Shown here piece by piece: positions 62,257 to 64,000 of a stretch of DNA of 64,000 nt. Made by a program: the position numbers and the translations under genes. Positions within the stretch are counted from its first letter, which is position 1. Every line of letters begins with the position of its first letter. The stretch covers positions 1 to 64,000 of the forward strand of contig JAQGDQ010002405.1 in NCBI GenBank assembly GCA_030141605.1. The letters run 5' to 3'. Under the pieces are notes generated by a model, which was not told the origin of the DNA, did not search any database, and saw only the letters and a list, made by a program, of their open reading frames with translations. This DNA comes from Tubiluchus corallicola (taxonomy: Eukaryota > Animalia > Priapulida).

Positions 62257-62547
62257 CTACTTCAAAACTATTGCCTTTATCTTGCTTACACCGGGCTTGC
62301 TGTTTATATCACTTATTATTCTTTGTCGCATCATAAACAGTTCATTCCGTACCACTGAAGAAGAGAGATGCACATAGAGTACACCATTCCTAATATAAAT
62401 ACTCCTTGTTGCCTTTACAATAACCTCTCCTACCACCTCACTCCACGCGCTCACACTCCTGGCATCAGATAGCTTCTCCTCTATTCCAGTCTCTTTTAAG
62501 AGATCCTTCATAACATTACCAAACTTCACCGCTTTATTCCTGCGCAT
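62257..62547 (-). CDS. DUF721 / DciA family protein
   Basis: AWSEVVG...GVLYVHLSSSVVRNEL, downstream of recF. Confidence 0.85.
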   Translation of the reverse strand: MRRNKAVKFGNVMKDLLKETGIEEKLSDARSVSAWSEVVGEVIVKATRSIYIRNGVLYVHLSSSVVRNELFMMRQRIISDINSKPGVSKIKAIVLK

Positions 62548-62567
62548 TTTCAATACATTTTTTGTAT

Positions 62568-63674
62568 TCAACCACTAACTACCCCGCTGCCTGTAACATT
62601 AAATATCTTGTAATCGTCCAACGAGCTGGATATAATACTGTCAAGATGCTCTCTATTTGTATCAGTAATAAATATCTGCCCGAAGGTGTTTCCGGAGACA
62701 AGGCTTACAATCTGCTCTACTCTTTCACTGTCAAGCTTATCGAAAATATCATCCAAAAGCAGTATAGGCTTTGCCCCACTCACCGAGCTTATAAACTCAA
62801 ACTGCGCCAATTTCAACGAAATAAGATATGTCTTTTTTTGACCCTGTGAACCCAGCTTTTTTATGGGGTAACCACCCAGTTTTAAATCCAAGTCATCCTT
62901 GTGGACTCCCGTTGAAGTATATTGCAATATCCTGTCTTTAGGAAGAGCCTCTCTCAACATGTCCCTGAACCCGCCACTCTCCAGTTGTGATAAATATTTA
63001 AGAGAGACCTCTTCACCTCCCTTAGAAACAAGCTGGTAATACTTCTGAAATACCGGTAATAAATCCGAAAGAAACTCTGTTCTCTTTTTATATATCTTTT
63101 CTCCAAAAGCTACAAGCTGCTCATCCCACACCTCCAAGCCAGCTGCGTCAAAAACATGATTCTTTGCAAAATGTTTAAGTAGGCTGTTCCTCTGCAAAAC
63201 AGCTCTATTATACCTCACCAGCCAACTAAGGTAGGTACGGTCAGACTGGGATATCACATTGTCCATAAACTTTCTGCGCTCCTCGCTTCCTCCAAGAATA
63301 AGCTGTACATCGGATGGGGAAACCATGACAAGTGGCAATACACCAATATGCTCCAATAGCCTCTGATACTCCTTCTTATTGCGGCGAAACCTCTTCCTCT
63401 GCCCCCTCTTCAACCCGCAATGTACCTCCTCTTCCCCATCCTCTCCCTTCATGTACCTACCCTGCAGAATAAAAAACTCCTCCCCATGCTTTATATTGTA
63501 AATATCGGAAGCGTTGAAATAACTCCTGCAAAACGAAAGGTAGTAGATACAATCAAGAAGATTGGTCTTGCCAACTCCGTTATTACCAATAAAGCAATTC
63601 AGCTTTGAAGAAAGCTGTAGCCTGGCTTCAGTAATATTTTTGTAATTGACAACAGATAACTCACTTATATGCAT
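62568..63674 (-). CDS. recF: DNA replication/repair protein RecF
   Basis: NYKN, Walker A GNNGVGKTN, GSQGQKK, ILLLDDIFDKLD. Confidence 0.97.
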   Translation of the reverse strand: MHISELSVVNYKNITEARLQLSSKLNCFIGNNGVGKTNLLDCIYYLSFCRSYFNASDIYNIKHGEEFFILQGRYMKGEDGEEEVHCGLKRGQRKRFRRNKKEYQRLLEHIGVLPLVMVSPSDVQLILGGSEERRKFMDNVISQSDRTYLSWLVRYNRAVLQRNSLLKHFAKNHVFDAAGLEVWDEQLVAFGEKIYKKRTEFLSDLLPVFQKYYQLVSKGGEEVSLKYLSQLESGGFRDMLREALPKDRILQYTSTGVHKDDLDLKLGGYPIKKLGSQGQKKTYLISLKLAQFEFISSVSGAKPILLLDDIFDKLDSERVEQIVSLVSGNTFGQIFITDTNREHLDSIISSSLDDYKIFNVTGSGVVSG

Positions 63675-64000
63675 AAAAACAATGATAATTTCCAGTGTTG
63701 AGCAACAAAAGCTAAACCTTACATCTATACATTTTGGCCAAAAATAACCGCTTTCGGCAATATACCCATATTTTTCTTATCAGGAACTTATCAATAAGTA
63801 TTAAGCTGCGCCAGCTGTCCGTTACCCTCGCTATCTCACCATCTCGTACCGCGACTATGATATCGCCCATTGAGAGACTCTTTGTAAAACCCATCTTTTC
63901 ACCAATTTATATTTCACCAATCCCATAATTCGCAGTGACAAGGAGTGATTTATTATTCAATTTTTCCTAAATCAGAGTCAAAATATTTCGCCTTGCAAAG

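Noticed and set aside
63712-63928. Two short overlapping ORFs upstream of recF
   Set aside because: No family motif; the region is probably promoter or intergenic sequence.

Overview
Bacteroidota chromosomal window, probably Marinilabiliales/Prolixibacteraceae-like. Support: a SusC/SusD pair, TAnnTTTG -7 promoters, the zapB-zapA-rny order and a SulA-type acyltransferase. The housekeeping backbone (rny, polA, A2M-pbpC, clpS-nfeD-floA, recF-DUF721) is interleaved with mobile DNA: an intact IS256 plus a 127-bp miniature derivative, an IS1634 with a 263-bp target duplication, an internally deleted IS3-type element, an IS110 stub and a decayed phage-type amidase. The most unusual content is in the first 15.5 kb. 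It holds three paralogous surface lipoprotein genes (Ig-like DUF5018-type stalk domains plus GLUG repeat heads) that are DNA-level mosaics of one another. One is silenced by three frame disruptions. Two share a terminator. All lie next to copies of a dispersed palindromic repeat, and the largest gene is bracketed by 41/42-bp direct copies of it. I read this as a candidate recombination-driven variable surface protein system, which is inference. A second candidate is a His-rich leader ORF ending in RSPP upstream of a TonB receptor, a possible ribosome-stalling metal sensor. All calls were made by eye from motifs and manual alignment; no database searches were run.
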